Source of the DNA: an uncultured Clostridia bacterium | GTDB taxonomy: Bacteria > Bacillota > Clostridia > TANB77 > CAG-508 | Reading direction: 5' to 3' | DNA length: 57,221 nt | Assembly: GCA_944389225.1 (NCBI GenBank) | Contig: CALXLP010000005.1 | Coordinates: forward strand, 1-57,221 | Shown here: positions 48,274-56,642 of the stretch, one piece after another | How positions within the stretch are numbered: position 1 is the first letter of the stretch | How the letters are laid out: every line of letters begins with the position of its first letter | The notes under the pieces: model-generated | Database searches by the model: none | What the model was told of the DNA's origin: nothing | The model's input: only the letters and a program-made list of their open reading frames with translations | Program-made: the position numbers and the translations under genes

Positions 48274-48346
48274 TGTCCCTTTTGTTTCATTTTGAAACAT
48301 TGGGGACAGGTTAAATCGTTTCAAAATGGAACGATTTGGCACGTCC
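48274..48346. repeat. Repeat-family site D: double hairpin filling the regulator-kinase intergenic spacer
   Basis: Minus strand reads TAG-GGACGTGCC, then AAATCGTT..AACGATTT, then CTGTCCC-caa-TGTTTCA-aaa-TGAAACA-aaa-GGGACAG. It starts at the stop codon of the response regulator. Confidence 0.7.
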
Positions 48347-49025
48347 CTAACGTTCCATCTTATATCCTAATCCTCTGACTGTTTTGATGATTTCTGGTTT
48401 GTTTGGATCTTTTTCTATTTTTTCTCTAATTCTTTTGATATATACGGTCAAGGTATTGTCATTAACAAAGTTTTCTTCATTATCCCAAATATAGGATAAG
48501 ATTTGTTCTCTTGTTATGATTTTTCCTTTGTTTTTAAATAACATAACTAAAATTTTGTATTCTAATGCTGTTAGTTCTACCTCTTGTTTATCTTTTAATA
48601 CTTTCCCGTGTTGTATAATTGATTTCTACATGTTTAATTTTTACGATTTCTTCTTTTTCTTTTTTTACATTATGTCTTAATACATTTTTTATCCTAGATA
48701 ATAATTCTCCTGCATGAAATGGTTTGGTAATATAGTCATCTGCTCCTAAATCAAAGCCTTTAACTATATCTTTTTCTTCATCTAATGCTGTTAAAAATAT
48801 GGTTGGAATTTCTTGTATAGTTTTCATTTCTTGATATAAGTCATATCCTGTACCATCTGGTAAATTAATGTCTAACAACATCAAATCATAATTATTATTT
48901 TTTATTTTCTCAATACCTTCTTTTACAGTTTTGGCTGTATGAATTGTAAATCCTTCTAATTGCAAATAATATGAAATGGTATTTGATATGCTTTTATCAT
49001 CTTCTACTAGTAATATGGTAATCAT
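48347..49025 (-). pseudogene. OmpR/PhoB-family response regulator, split by a +1 frameshift in an A4 run (48593-48596)
   Basis: The receiver ORF (48588-49025; 'LLVEDD', 'DLMLLDINLPDG', 'KPF') and the winged-helix ORF (48347-48544; 'TVYIKRIREKIE...IKTVRGLGYKM') join cleanly. Deleting one A restores '...ESIKDKQEVELTALEYKILVMLF...'. Confidence 0.8.
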
Positions 49026-49042
49026 TATTTTTTCCTCTTCTT

Positions 49043-49765
49043 TTATTCTTTTAATAAATATGGTGCATGTTTTTTTATCATTTTTAAAATAAATACAACA
49101 GATGTATCTACTAATTCCAGCATTTCTTTTTCGCTATATATTCTATATTCTGTACTTTCTCCATTTTCTAGCACTTGAGCTTTTCCTGTGCATCTATCAC
49201 TTATGTATGCTATTGTTTTTTGTATATCTGATTCTTCCAATATAATCCAATCAATTTCTTTTAAGTATTCTTCTATTTTCTCTTGATATTCTGGTTTATC
49301 TGCTAAATGATGATCATAAATATATTTTGAAAATATTTTAAAGTCTTGTGTTTTGATTTGTCTTGCTTTTTCTTTACTACATAAAATTCTTTCTCCATCA
49401 TTTAAAACTAACCCTATTCGATTTTTTTCTTCATCATAAATTCCATGCTCTCCATATGTTTTATCATTCCAAAAATAATCTGTTAATAGATGTACATAGT
49501 ATCCTAACATTAATGGATTAGAAAATTTAGATTTATATTTTTCTGCAAAATTTCTTAAATCATATCTTTTTTCCATATGTTCTACTACTAAAATATCTGT
49601 TTCAAAATGTGTTTTTGCATGTGATACATGATGTGTGATTTCTTTTACAACATATTCATTTGGTATATCTGGCAATATATTTCCAAATGTAAATATATTT
49701 TTGTTTATATTTATCTTTTCACTTACTTTTTTGGCTGTTGCTAAGTGGATTGCCCATGTTGGCAT
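49043..49765 (-). CDS. Hypothetical protein, possibly zinc-dependent phospholipase C-like fold
   Basis: 240 aa. The N-terminal 'TWAIHLATA' and 'YYVHLLTDYFWN' His/Asp pattern is reminiscent of that family. Weak. Confidence 0.35.
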   Translation of the reverse strand: MPTWAIHLATAKKVSEKININKNIFTFGNILPDIPNEYVVKEITHHVSHAKTHFETDILVVEHMEKRYDLRNFAEKYKSKFSNPLMLGYYVHLLTDYFWNDKTYGEHGIYDEEKNRIGLVLNDGERILCSKEKARQIKTQDFKIFSKYIYDHHLADKPEYQEKIEEYLKEIDWIILEESDIQKTIAYISDRCTGKAQVLENGESTEYRIYSEKEMLELVDTSVVFILKMIKKHAPYLLKE

Positions 49766-49890
49766 TTTTCATTCCTCCTTTATTTCTTTTATCTTATCTT
49801 TATTCCAAAATATTGTCAAGAAAAAGAGAGGAAGAAAAAAACTTCAATAACCGAATTTCTTTTCTTCCCCTCAGGAGCTATTTTACTATC

Positions 49891-50121
49891 CTATTCTTCG
49901 TCGAACAGGAATTCCACCTTCTTGTTTGGCAAAAGTTCCTTCATTGTTTCTTCCCATACTTCTCTGGGCAGTGCCTCAAAATCCTTCCGTGAGAGCTTGC
50001 ATTCTCCTAAGCCCATATGGAGTTCAAACGGATACCGTTCCTTTGTAGAGGTAATCACCAAATCAGCCTCCAGTGAAAGATTTTCCTGATTTAATTTTTT
50101 TGCTAAAATCATTTTTTTCAT
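49891..50121 (-). CDS. Hypothetical small protein in a locally GC-richer patch
   Basis: 76-aa acidic ORF with a hairpin plus T-run downstream (about 49826-49880). The two plus-strand ORFs overlapping it look like by-products of the higher GC. Confidence 0.4.
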   Translation of the reverse strand: MKKMILAKKLNQENLSLEADLVITSTKERYPFELHMGLGECKLSRKDFEALPREVWEETMKELLPNKKVEFLFDEE

Positions 50122-50303
50122 GTCTTTGTTCTCCTTCTAAATATTAATGTATTTACATTGCTCCCATACCATTATCCCACTCTTTTAGCATTTTTTCAAG
50201 TTTTACTACCTTTTCCAGTTCTTTTTTGTTTTTTCCATCATATATTTTAATAAAATATTTTTAAGTATATTTCTAGCAGCTATCTGCTATTTTGGAGGTT
50301 TTT

Positions 50304-51735
50304 ATGATGTACAAATATATGAATAAAACAAATGTGAAACGTTTCTTTAGTATTCTTCTTATACTTTGTCTTTTTATTTCTTACTTTTCTTTTGTGTATG
50401 CTTCAGATGATTCTTTATATGTTTGGTCTAGCAATGCCAATACATTAAATATTGTTGGTAATACAACAAATTCTACTAATAGCACAAATATGACAAATAC
50501 AAATACAAATTCCAATAGTTCTAATATGACATCTACAAATGCTACAAACACTTCTAACAATTTAAATATGAATACAACTACTAACACTTCTACTGGTGTT
50601 TTTAATATAGAAGAGGATCCTTCTTTACTTACCAATGCAACAAGTGAGGTAACAGATAATAATTCTTTAAATTTAGAATCTGCGTCTGCCATTTTAATTG
50701 AACAATCTTCTGGTAGAATTTTGTATGCCCACAATATTCATGAGCAGTTAAGGCCTGCTTCTGTTACCAAAGTTATGAGTATTCTTCTTATTATGGAAGC
50801 TCTTGATTCTGGTAAAATCTCTTTAACAGATTCTGTTCCCTGTAGTGAAAATGCAGCTTCTATGGGTGGTTCTCAAATATGGTTAGATACAACCGAAACT
50901 TTGACAGTTGATGAGATGTTAAAAGCAATTTGTGTAAATTCTGCTAATGATTGTGTTGTTGCAATGGCTGAATATATTGCAGGCTCAGAAGAAGCATTTG
51001 TTCAAATGATGAATGATAAAGCTTACGAATTAGGTATGAGTGATACTACTTTTAAAAATTGTCATGGTTTAGATGAAGATGGTCATGTGACTTCTAGTTA
51101 TGATATTGCCATTATGTCTAGAGAATTACTTAACAAATATCCTGAAATTAAAAATTATACAACGATTTGGATGGATACTTTACGAGATGGTGAGACTCGG
51201 GCTTTCTAATACAAATCGATTAATAAAAAACTATCCGGGTGCTACTGGTTTAAAGACTGGCTCTACTTCTCTTGCTTTATATAATTTATCTGCCAGTGCC
51301 ACACGTGATGACTTGTCTTTAATTGCTGTCATTATGAAAGCTCCTTCTACAAAGGTTAGATTTTCAGAAGCTCAAAAGTTATTAGATTATGGTTTTAATA
51401 ATTTTTCTTATCAAAGTTTTGGGAAAGCTGGAGATTTAATTCAAACCGTTAGTATTGATAAAGGTGTGCAAGCAACGATTCCTGTTGTATTGGAGAATGA
51501 TGCTGGTATCTTGTTAGCAAAAGGTAGTGAAAAAAATATAGAACAAACTGTGACGATTGATGAAAATATTTCTGCCCCTATTTCTGCAGGACAAAAAGTA
51601 GGTGAAGTTTCTTTTTCTTTAGATGGTGAAGTTCTTACAACTGTTAACTTAGTTTCTCAAGTTTCTGTTAATAAGATGGATATTGCTACCATGAGTACAA
51701 AAGTATTTTCTAGTTGGTTTAATTTGTTAAGATAA
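50304..51735 (+). pseudogene. Serine-type D-Ala-D-Ala carboxypeptidase (peptidase S11, PBP5-like), split by a frameshift at the G-run 51199-51201
   Basis: SxxK 'SVTKVM', SxN 'NSAND' and KTG 'LKTGST' are spread over two ORFs. Removing one G restores '...LRDGETRLSNTNRLI...'. The protein has an N-terminal signal/TM plus an Asn/Thr-rich linker. The start ATG follows GGAGG. Confidence 0.8.
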
Positions 51736-51757
51736 AATGTAAATTATCTATTACTGT

Positions 51758-51800
51758 AAAATAAACACTCCTTCATATAAATAAAAGGAGTGTTTATTTT
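51758..51800. terminator. Bidirectional terminator between the carboxypeptidase gene and valS
   Basis: AAAATAAACACTCCTT-11 nt-AAGGAGTGTTTATTTT. Confidence 0.8.
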
Positions 51801-51808
51801 ATATTTTA

Positions 51809-54475
51809 TTAACTTAAAGATTCCATCACTTTTGCTAACATATCTTTGTATTTTTCTAATTTTGCTTTTTCTTCATCAATTTTACTTTGTGGTGCTTTAT
51901 TCATAAATCCTGGATTAGACAACATTTTTTCACATCTTGCCACTTCACCTTCTAGTCTTTTCTTCTCTTCTTGTAATCTCTTTCTTTCTTGTTCTATATC
52001 CACTAATCCTTCAAATGGCATATATAGTTCTATTCCATCTTGTACAATGCTAATCGCATCATCTTTAATTCCTACTTTATCTTTTTGAATAGTTATATTA
52101 CTTCCAAATCCTAATTTTAATAGGAATTCTTTTGCTTCCTCTATTTCTTTTTCATATTTTTCAGTTACAAAAATCAATTCTGCTTTTTTAGATGGATGTA
52201 CATTCATATTTGCTCTTGTATTTCTGATTTCAGTAATCATCGCTTTTAGTCTTTCAACAAACTCTTCTTCCTCTTTAAATGGATTCTCATTTTTTGCATA
52301 AGGCCATTTTGATACCATTAATTCTTTATCATTATATTTTACTAAATTTCTATAAATTTCTGTTGTCACAAATGGCATAAATGGATGTAATAGTTTCATT
52401 GAAATACCAAATACATAATCTAGTACATAGCAAACTTTTACTTTTTCTTTGTAATCATCACTATATAGTCTTGGTTTTACCATTTCAATATACCAGTCAC
52501 AAAATTCATTCCAAATAAAGTTATATACTTTATCTAAAGCAACACCTAAGTCATAATTTTCCATATTATTGGTTACTTCTGTGATTAATGTTTCTAGTTT
52601 ATTGATAATCCATTTATCTTCTAAATGTAATAATTCTTTTTTGTATTTACCTGTTTCTTTGTCAAATACTTCTGTGTGGAATGCAATAATATCTTCATCT
52701 TTTACATCACTATTTCTAATGAATTTTGTTGCATTCCATATTTTATTAGCAAAGTTTGATGCTTGCTCTAATTTTTCTGGCATATATCGAATATCATTTC
52801 CCATTGTCGTTCCTGATATGACAGCAAATCTTAAACTATCTGCTCCATATTCATCAATAATTTCAATTGGATCTATACCATTTCCTAATGTTTTAGACAT
52901 TTTTCTTCCTTGACTATCACGAACCATTCCATGGATTAAAATATCTTTAAATGGTGCTTGACCAGTAAATTCTAATCCTTGTGACATCATTCTAGATACC
53001 CAGAAAGTAATAATATCAAATCCTGTAACCAATACATTTGTTGGATAGAATGTTTTATAATCTTCTGTTTCTGTGTTTGGCCAACCTAATGTTGAAAATG
53101 GCCATAATGCAGAACTAAACCATGTATCTAATGTATCTTCATCTTGATGTAATTTTGTACTTCCACATTTTTCACATTTTTCTGGCGCTGTTTTTGCAAC
53201 ATTAATATGTCCACATTCTTCACAGTAATATGCTGGTATTTGATGTCCCCACCATAATTGTCTTGATATACACCAATCTTGTATATTATCTAGCCAATTA
53301 AAATATTGTTTTTCATATTTTTTAGGGATAAATCTAGCCTCATTGTTTCTAACAGAATCTGCTGCTCTTTTTGCTAATTCTTTCATAGAAACAAACCATT
53401 GCTCAGATATTTTAGGTTCTATGGTTGTTTTACATCTTTCACATTTTGCTACATTGTGGGTATAGTCTTCTGTTTTTACCAACGCTCCAATTTCTTCTAG
53501 TTTTTTTACAATTGTTTTTCTAGCTTCTAATAAATCCATTCCTTTGTATTCTGGAACTAGATCACCCATTTTATAATCTTCATCAAATACTTCTACAATT
53601 TCTAAGTTATGTCTTAAACCTGCCTGATAGTCATTCATATCATGAGCTGGTGTGATTTTAACACATCCTGTTCCAAATTCTTTATCAACAAAGTCATCTG
53701 CAATAATTGGAATTTCTTTATTCATAATTGGCAAAATACATGTTTTTCCAACTAAATCTTTATATCTTTCATCTTCTGGATGTACAGCAACTGCTGTATC
53801 TCCAAGCATTGTTTCAGGTCTTGTTGTGGCAACAATAATATATCTATCTTTTTCACCTGTTATTTGATAACGGATATGCCATAAATGAGAAGCTTCTTCT
53901 TTGTATTCTACTTCTGCATCTGATATAGATGTTTTACAACTTGGACAATAGTTAATCATTCTTTTTCCTTTATAGATTAATCCTTTGTTATATAGATCAA
54001 CAAATTGCTCTAAAACAGCATCTGACAATCCTTCATCCATTGTAAAACGTTTTCTATCCCAGTCACAAGAACAACCTAATTTCTTTTGTTGCATTTCAAT
54101 GGTTCCACCATAGATTCTTGTCCATTCCCATGCTTCTTCTAGGAATTTTTCTCTACCTAATTCTTGTTTTGTTTTTCCTTCATTTCTTAGTTTTTCAACT
54201 ACTTTCATTTCTGTTGAAATAGCTGCATGGTCTGTTCCTGGAAGCCACAAGGTATTATATCCTTGCATTCTTTTAAAACGAATTAAAATGTCTTGTATTG
54301 TATCATCTAAAGCATGCCCCATGTGTAATTTTCCTGTTACATTTGGAGGTGGCATCATGATACAAAAACTTTCTTTCGTTTTATCCATACTTGGTTTAAA
54401 ATACCCTTTTTTCTCCCATTCTTGATATAGTTTTTCTTCAAAATCTTTTGGATTGTACTTATTTTGCATATTCAT
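51809..54475 (-). CDS. valS: Valine--tRNA ligase
   Basis: 888 aa with 'PPPNVTGKLHMGH' (HIGH), 'KMSKTLGN' (KMSKS) and a C-terminal coiled coil. Confidence 0.97.
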   Translation of the reverse strand: MNMQNKYNPKDFEEKLYQEWEKKGYFKPSMDKTKESFCIMMPPPNVTGKLHMGHALDDTIQDILIRFKRMQGYNTLWLPGTDHAAISTEMKVVEKLRNEGKTKQELGREKFLEEAWEWTRIYGGTIEMQQKKLGCSCDWDRKRFTMDEGLSDAVLEQFVDLYNKGLIYKGKRMINYCPSCKTSISDAEVEYKEEASHLWHIRYQITGEKDRYIIVATTRPETMLGDTAVAVHPEDERYKDLVGKTCILPIMNKEIPIIADDFVDKEFGTGCVKITPAHDMNDYQAGLRHNLEIVEVFDEDYKMGDLVPEYKGMDLLEARKTIVKKLEEIGALVKTEDYTHNVAKCERCKTTIEPKISEQWFVSMKELAKRAADSVRNNEARFIPKKYEKQYFNWLDNIQDWCISRQLWWGHQIPAYYCEECGHINVAKTAPEKCEKCGSTKLHQDEDTLDTWFSSALWPFSTLGWPNTETEDYKTFYPTNVLVTGFDIITFWVSRMMSQGLEFTGQAPFKDILIHGMVRDSQGRKMSKTLGNGIDPIEIIDEYGADSLRFAVISGTTMGNDIRYMPEKLEQASNFANKIWNATKFIRNSDVKDEDIIAFHTEVFDKETGKYKKELLHLEDKWIINKLETLITEVTNNMENYDLGVALDKVYNFIWNEFCDWYIEMVKPRLYSDDYKEKVKVCYVLDYVFGISMKLLHPFMPFVTTEIYRNLVKYNDKELMVSKWPYAKNENPFKEEEEFVERLKAMITEIRNTRANMNVHPSKKAELIFVTEKYEKEIEEAKEFLLKLGFGSNITIQKDKVGIKDDAISIVQDGIELYMPFEGLVDIEQERKRLQEEKKRLEGEVARCEKMLSNPGFMNKAPQSKIDEEKAKLEKYKDMLAKVMESLS

Positions 54476-54815
54476 CTTCCTCCTTTTTTGAATATTGAGA
54501 ACATTTAAAACTGTTCAACTTTATTCTTTTTAATATTTCTTCTTTATGTTCTATTAAAAATTTTTGTGTTTCTTCTGCAATGACTACTGTTTTCATATTT
54601 ATTTCTGTTTTTTCTTGTTCGCTTTTTTCCATTTTTGTTCTTCTCAAAGCTTCTATATCTAAGTTCAGATATGTTTCAAATTCTTCTTCTGTTAAATTAC
54701 TAAGTCCATTTCTTTGAAGTGGCTTAAAAATCAATTCTTCTATGGGACTTAGTTTATATTTTCCATATAGTTCAACAAATTTTTTCTTTTTGCTACTTTC
54801 TGCTTCATCTCCCAT
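54459..54815 (-). CDS. Hypothetical Lys/Glu-rich protein encoded between the T-box leader and valS
   Basis: About 118 aa from the ATG that has GGAGG 8 nt upstream. Its 3' end overlaps the valS start by 17 nt. Confidence 0.45.
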   Translation of the reverse strand: MGDEAESSKKKKFVELYGKYKLSPIEELIFKPLQRNGLSNLTEEEFETYLNLDIEALRRTKMEKSEQEKTEINMKTVVIAEETQKFLIEHKEEILKRIKLNSFKCSQYSKKEEDEYAK

Positions 54816-54843
54816 TTTTATTTCCTCCATTTAAATAAAATAT

Positions 54844-55126
54844 CAAAAAAGCCCTTATGTATAAAACATAAGGGCGAATGATATTCACGGTACCACCTTA
54901 CTTATATAATAATTTGCTTATCTATTCGTGCTTTCTTCGAAAATCCATTATAGTATAATGCAAATATTTATATATCTCTTTAGCCTATAACGTGGCTTAG
55001 ACGGATATTCTTACTGTTATTTCAGAATATCAACAAAAAAGCTACCTTCCATTTATCCTAATTTAAGAAGCTTTCAGCCTATGACTTCTATTCTCTAAAA
55101 ATCCGTATAAATGTACTCCTCTTTTT
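54844..55126 (-). promoter_or_regulatory. T-box riboswitch leader (valine specifier candidate GUA)
   Basis: The minus strand carries the T-box sequence GGTGGTACCGTG (54885-54896) and the terminator GCCCTTATG..CATAAGGGC + T6 (54844-54874). Stem I (55034-55126) has base helix AAAAAAG/CUUUUUU and 5' specifier-loop side AGGAGUA (AGUA element). It also has helix CAUUUAU/AUAAAUG, AG bulge AGAGA (55091-55095) and 3' loop GAAG-GUA-G. GUA lies at 55042-55044 next to the helix. Confidence 0.82.
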
Positions 55127-55249
55127 TATTGTCTTTTTCTATTATGTCAATATTATTACACATTTTTTTAGATTTTACAAGTGTTTTTTGAATTTTAATT
55201 CAAAACCTTAAGAATTTTTCAATTTTATAAGCAATCCAAATATTAAATA

Positions 55250-56401
55250 TTATTTTATTTTTTCTACTTGAAAATTATCTGGTAATTCTACAACAGGACG
55301 AACACCAAAGACTCCATTTGAATAGTCAATTCCATACCAATAATTTACTTCATATACAGAGTTATTAGAATCATCATGTGGAGAAGCTAGTATATAGTTC
55401 CATATATTTTCATTATTATATCCATATTCTTCTAAACTTGCTAACTGGAATAACCCTTTTGCTCCATCATCAGCATTTAATGTACTTGTTGAACGTAAAT
55501 CACTTTCTCCTCTTGCAGTATTTAATTCTGCTAACGTTAAATTATATACCTTTGTAGCTCCACCTTTTAAAAAGGCTGTTTCTTCCAACTCACCTTCTGT
55601 TTGCCCATTTATATTTATATAATAGCCTTCATTATCATTTGGATATTCATCTTGATTAAGCTCTCTACTAAATCTTATTTTTGCAAAATTATAATATAAA
55701 CCTGCTGCTACATACATATTTTTATTATTGTTGTTATTGTTAATAGAAGACCAAAATAAATCTGCATATGCATTTCTTTGACTTTCATTTCCTGCCCAGT
55801 TTCCATATACTCCATTATACTCTTTATTTTCTATTGTTTGTTGCTCATAATATAATTGTGCTGGTATTCCTGTAGATATTAGTTTTAATCCTGTATATGT
55901 TCCATCACCATTATTGGTTCCTGTTTCTAATACTCTCCATCCAGTTTCACTTGTAAATTCATTTCCTGTATTTATATCTGTATAAGTTACATCATATTTT
56001 ACATAGTCCCCTATTTTCAAAATAACTGGTTCTCTTGTTAATGTACCATCATAAATTTCCTTTATAGGAATTTCATAACCATTTTCTGTTATTAATACTT
56101 TATCTAATAAATCCCCATTACCTTCTAAAGTTCCGTAATTTTCTAATATTTCTTGTAACTCCTTCTCTGTTATTTGAGAACTCATCTTCTCTGATTGTTT
56201 TTCAGTTATATCTATTTTTGCTTGTTCTTTAATTTCTGCAATTTCAGTTTGTTCTTTTGCTCTTCCCGCTTGTGACAATATACCATTATCTCCTACTAAA
56301 GTCGCAATACTTACTCCTGCTAAAATTAATAACACGATGATTGTAATAACCAATGCAATTAATGTAATCCCTTTGTTTCTTTTTAACTCTTTTGTTTTCA
56401 T
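55250..56401 (-). CDS. Prepilin-type N-terminal domain (type IV pilin/pseudopilin-like) protein with a large C-terminal domain
   Basis: 383 aa starting 'KRNKG|ITLIALVITIIVLLILAGVSIATLVGDNGILSQA', a class-III signal-peptide-like start with Ala rather than Glu at +5. No pilus assembly genes are in the window. Confidence 0.62.
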   Translation of the reverse strand: MKTKELKRNKGITLIALVITIIVLLILAGVSIATLVGDNGILSQAGRAKEQTEIAEIKEQAKIDITEKQSEKMSSQITEKELQEILENYGTLEGNGDLLDKVLITENGYEIPIKEIYDGTLTREPVILKIGDYVKYDVTYTDINTGNEFTSETGWRVLETGTNNGDGTYTGLKLISTGIPAQLYYEQQTIENKEYNGVYGNWAGNESQRNAYADLFWSSINNNNNNKNMYVAAGLYYNFAKIRFSRELNQDEYPNDNEGYYININGQTEGELEETAFLKGGATKVYNLTLAELNTARGESDLRSTSTLNADDGAKGLFQLASLEEYGYNNENIWNYILASPHDDSNNSVYEVNYWYGIDYSNGVFGVRPVVELPDNFQVEKIK

Positions 56402-56642
56402 CTTTTCCTCCTTATATTTTCTTTTTGTACATTACTATAAGAAAATATAAATTTCTAGAAACATTGAAAATAAAGAGTTTTATTGATTTTGTTTTAAATC
56501 ACAAATATAGTTTCTATATTAGTTAAATTAGAAAGTCTTTTCAAGAATCTTCTGATAAACTAACCTTTTAAGAAAAACATTTTCGTAAAAAATTTCCTAG
56601 AGTAATGTACTCTAAGAAATTTTTTAAATTTAATTATTTACT

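Noticed and set aside
28681-48346. The GGGACG/GGACA repeats as a CRISPR array or integron attC sites
   Set aside because: The copies are kilobases apart with no regular repeat-spacer periodicity and no cas genes. For the integron idea, there is no integrase, no RYYYAAC/GTTRRRY core sites, and the intervening 'cassettes' are multi-gene blocks in mixed orientation.
55149-55179. Promoter for the valS T-box leader (TTGTAA ... TAATAA)
   Set aside because: Several overlapping AT-rich hexamers fit about equally well with 16-19-nt spacers, so I could not choose one with confidence.
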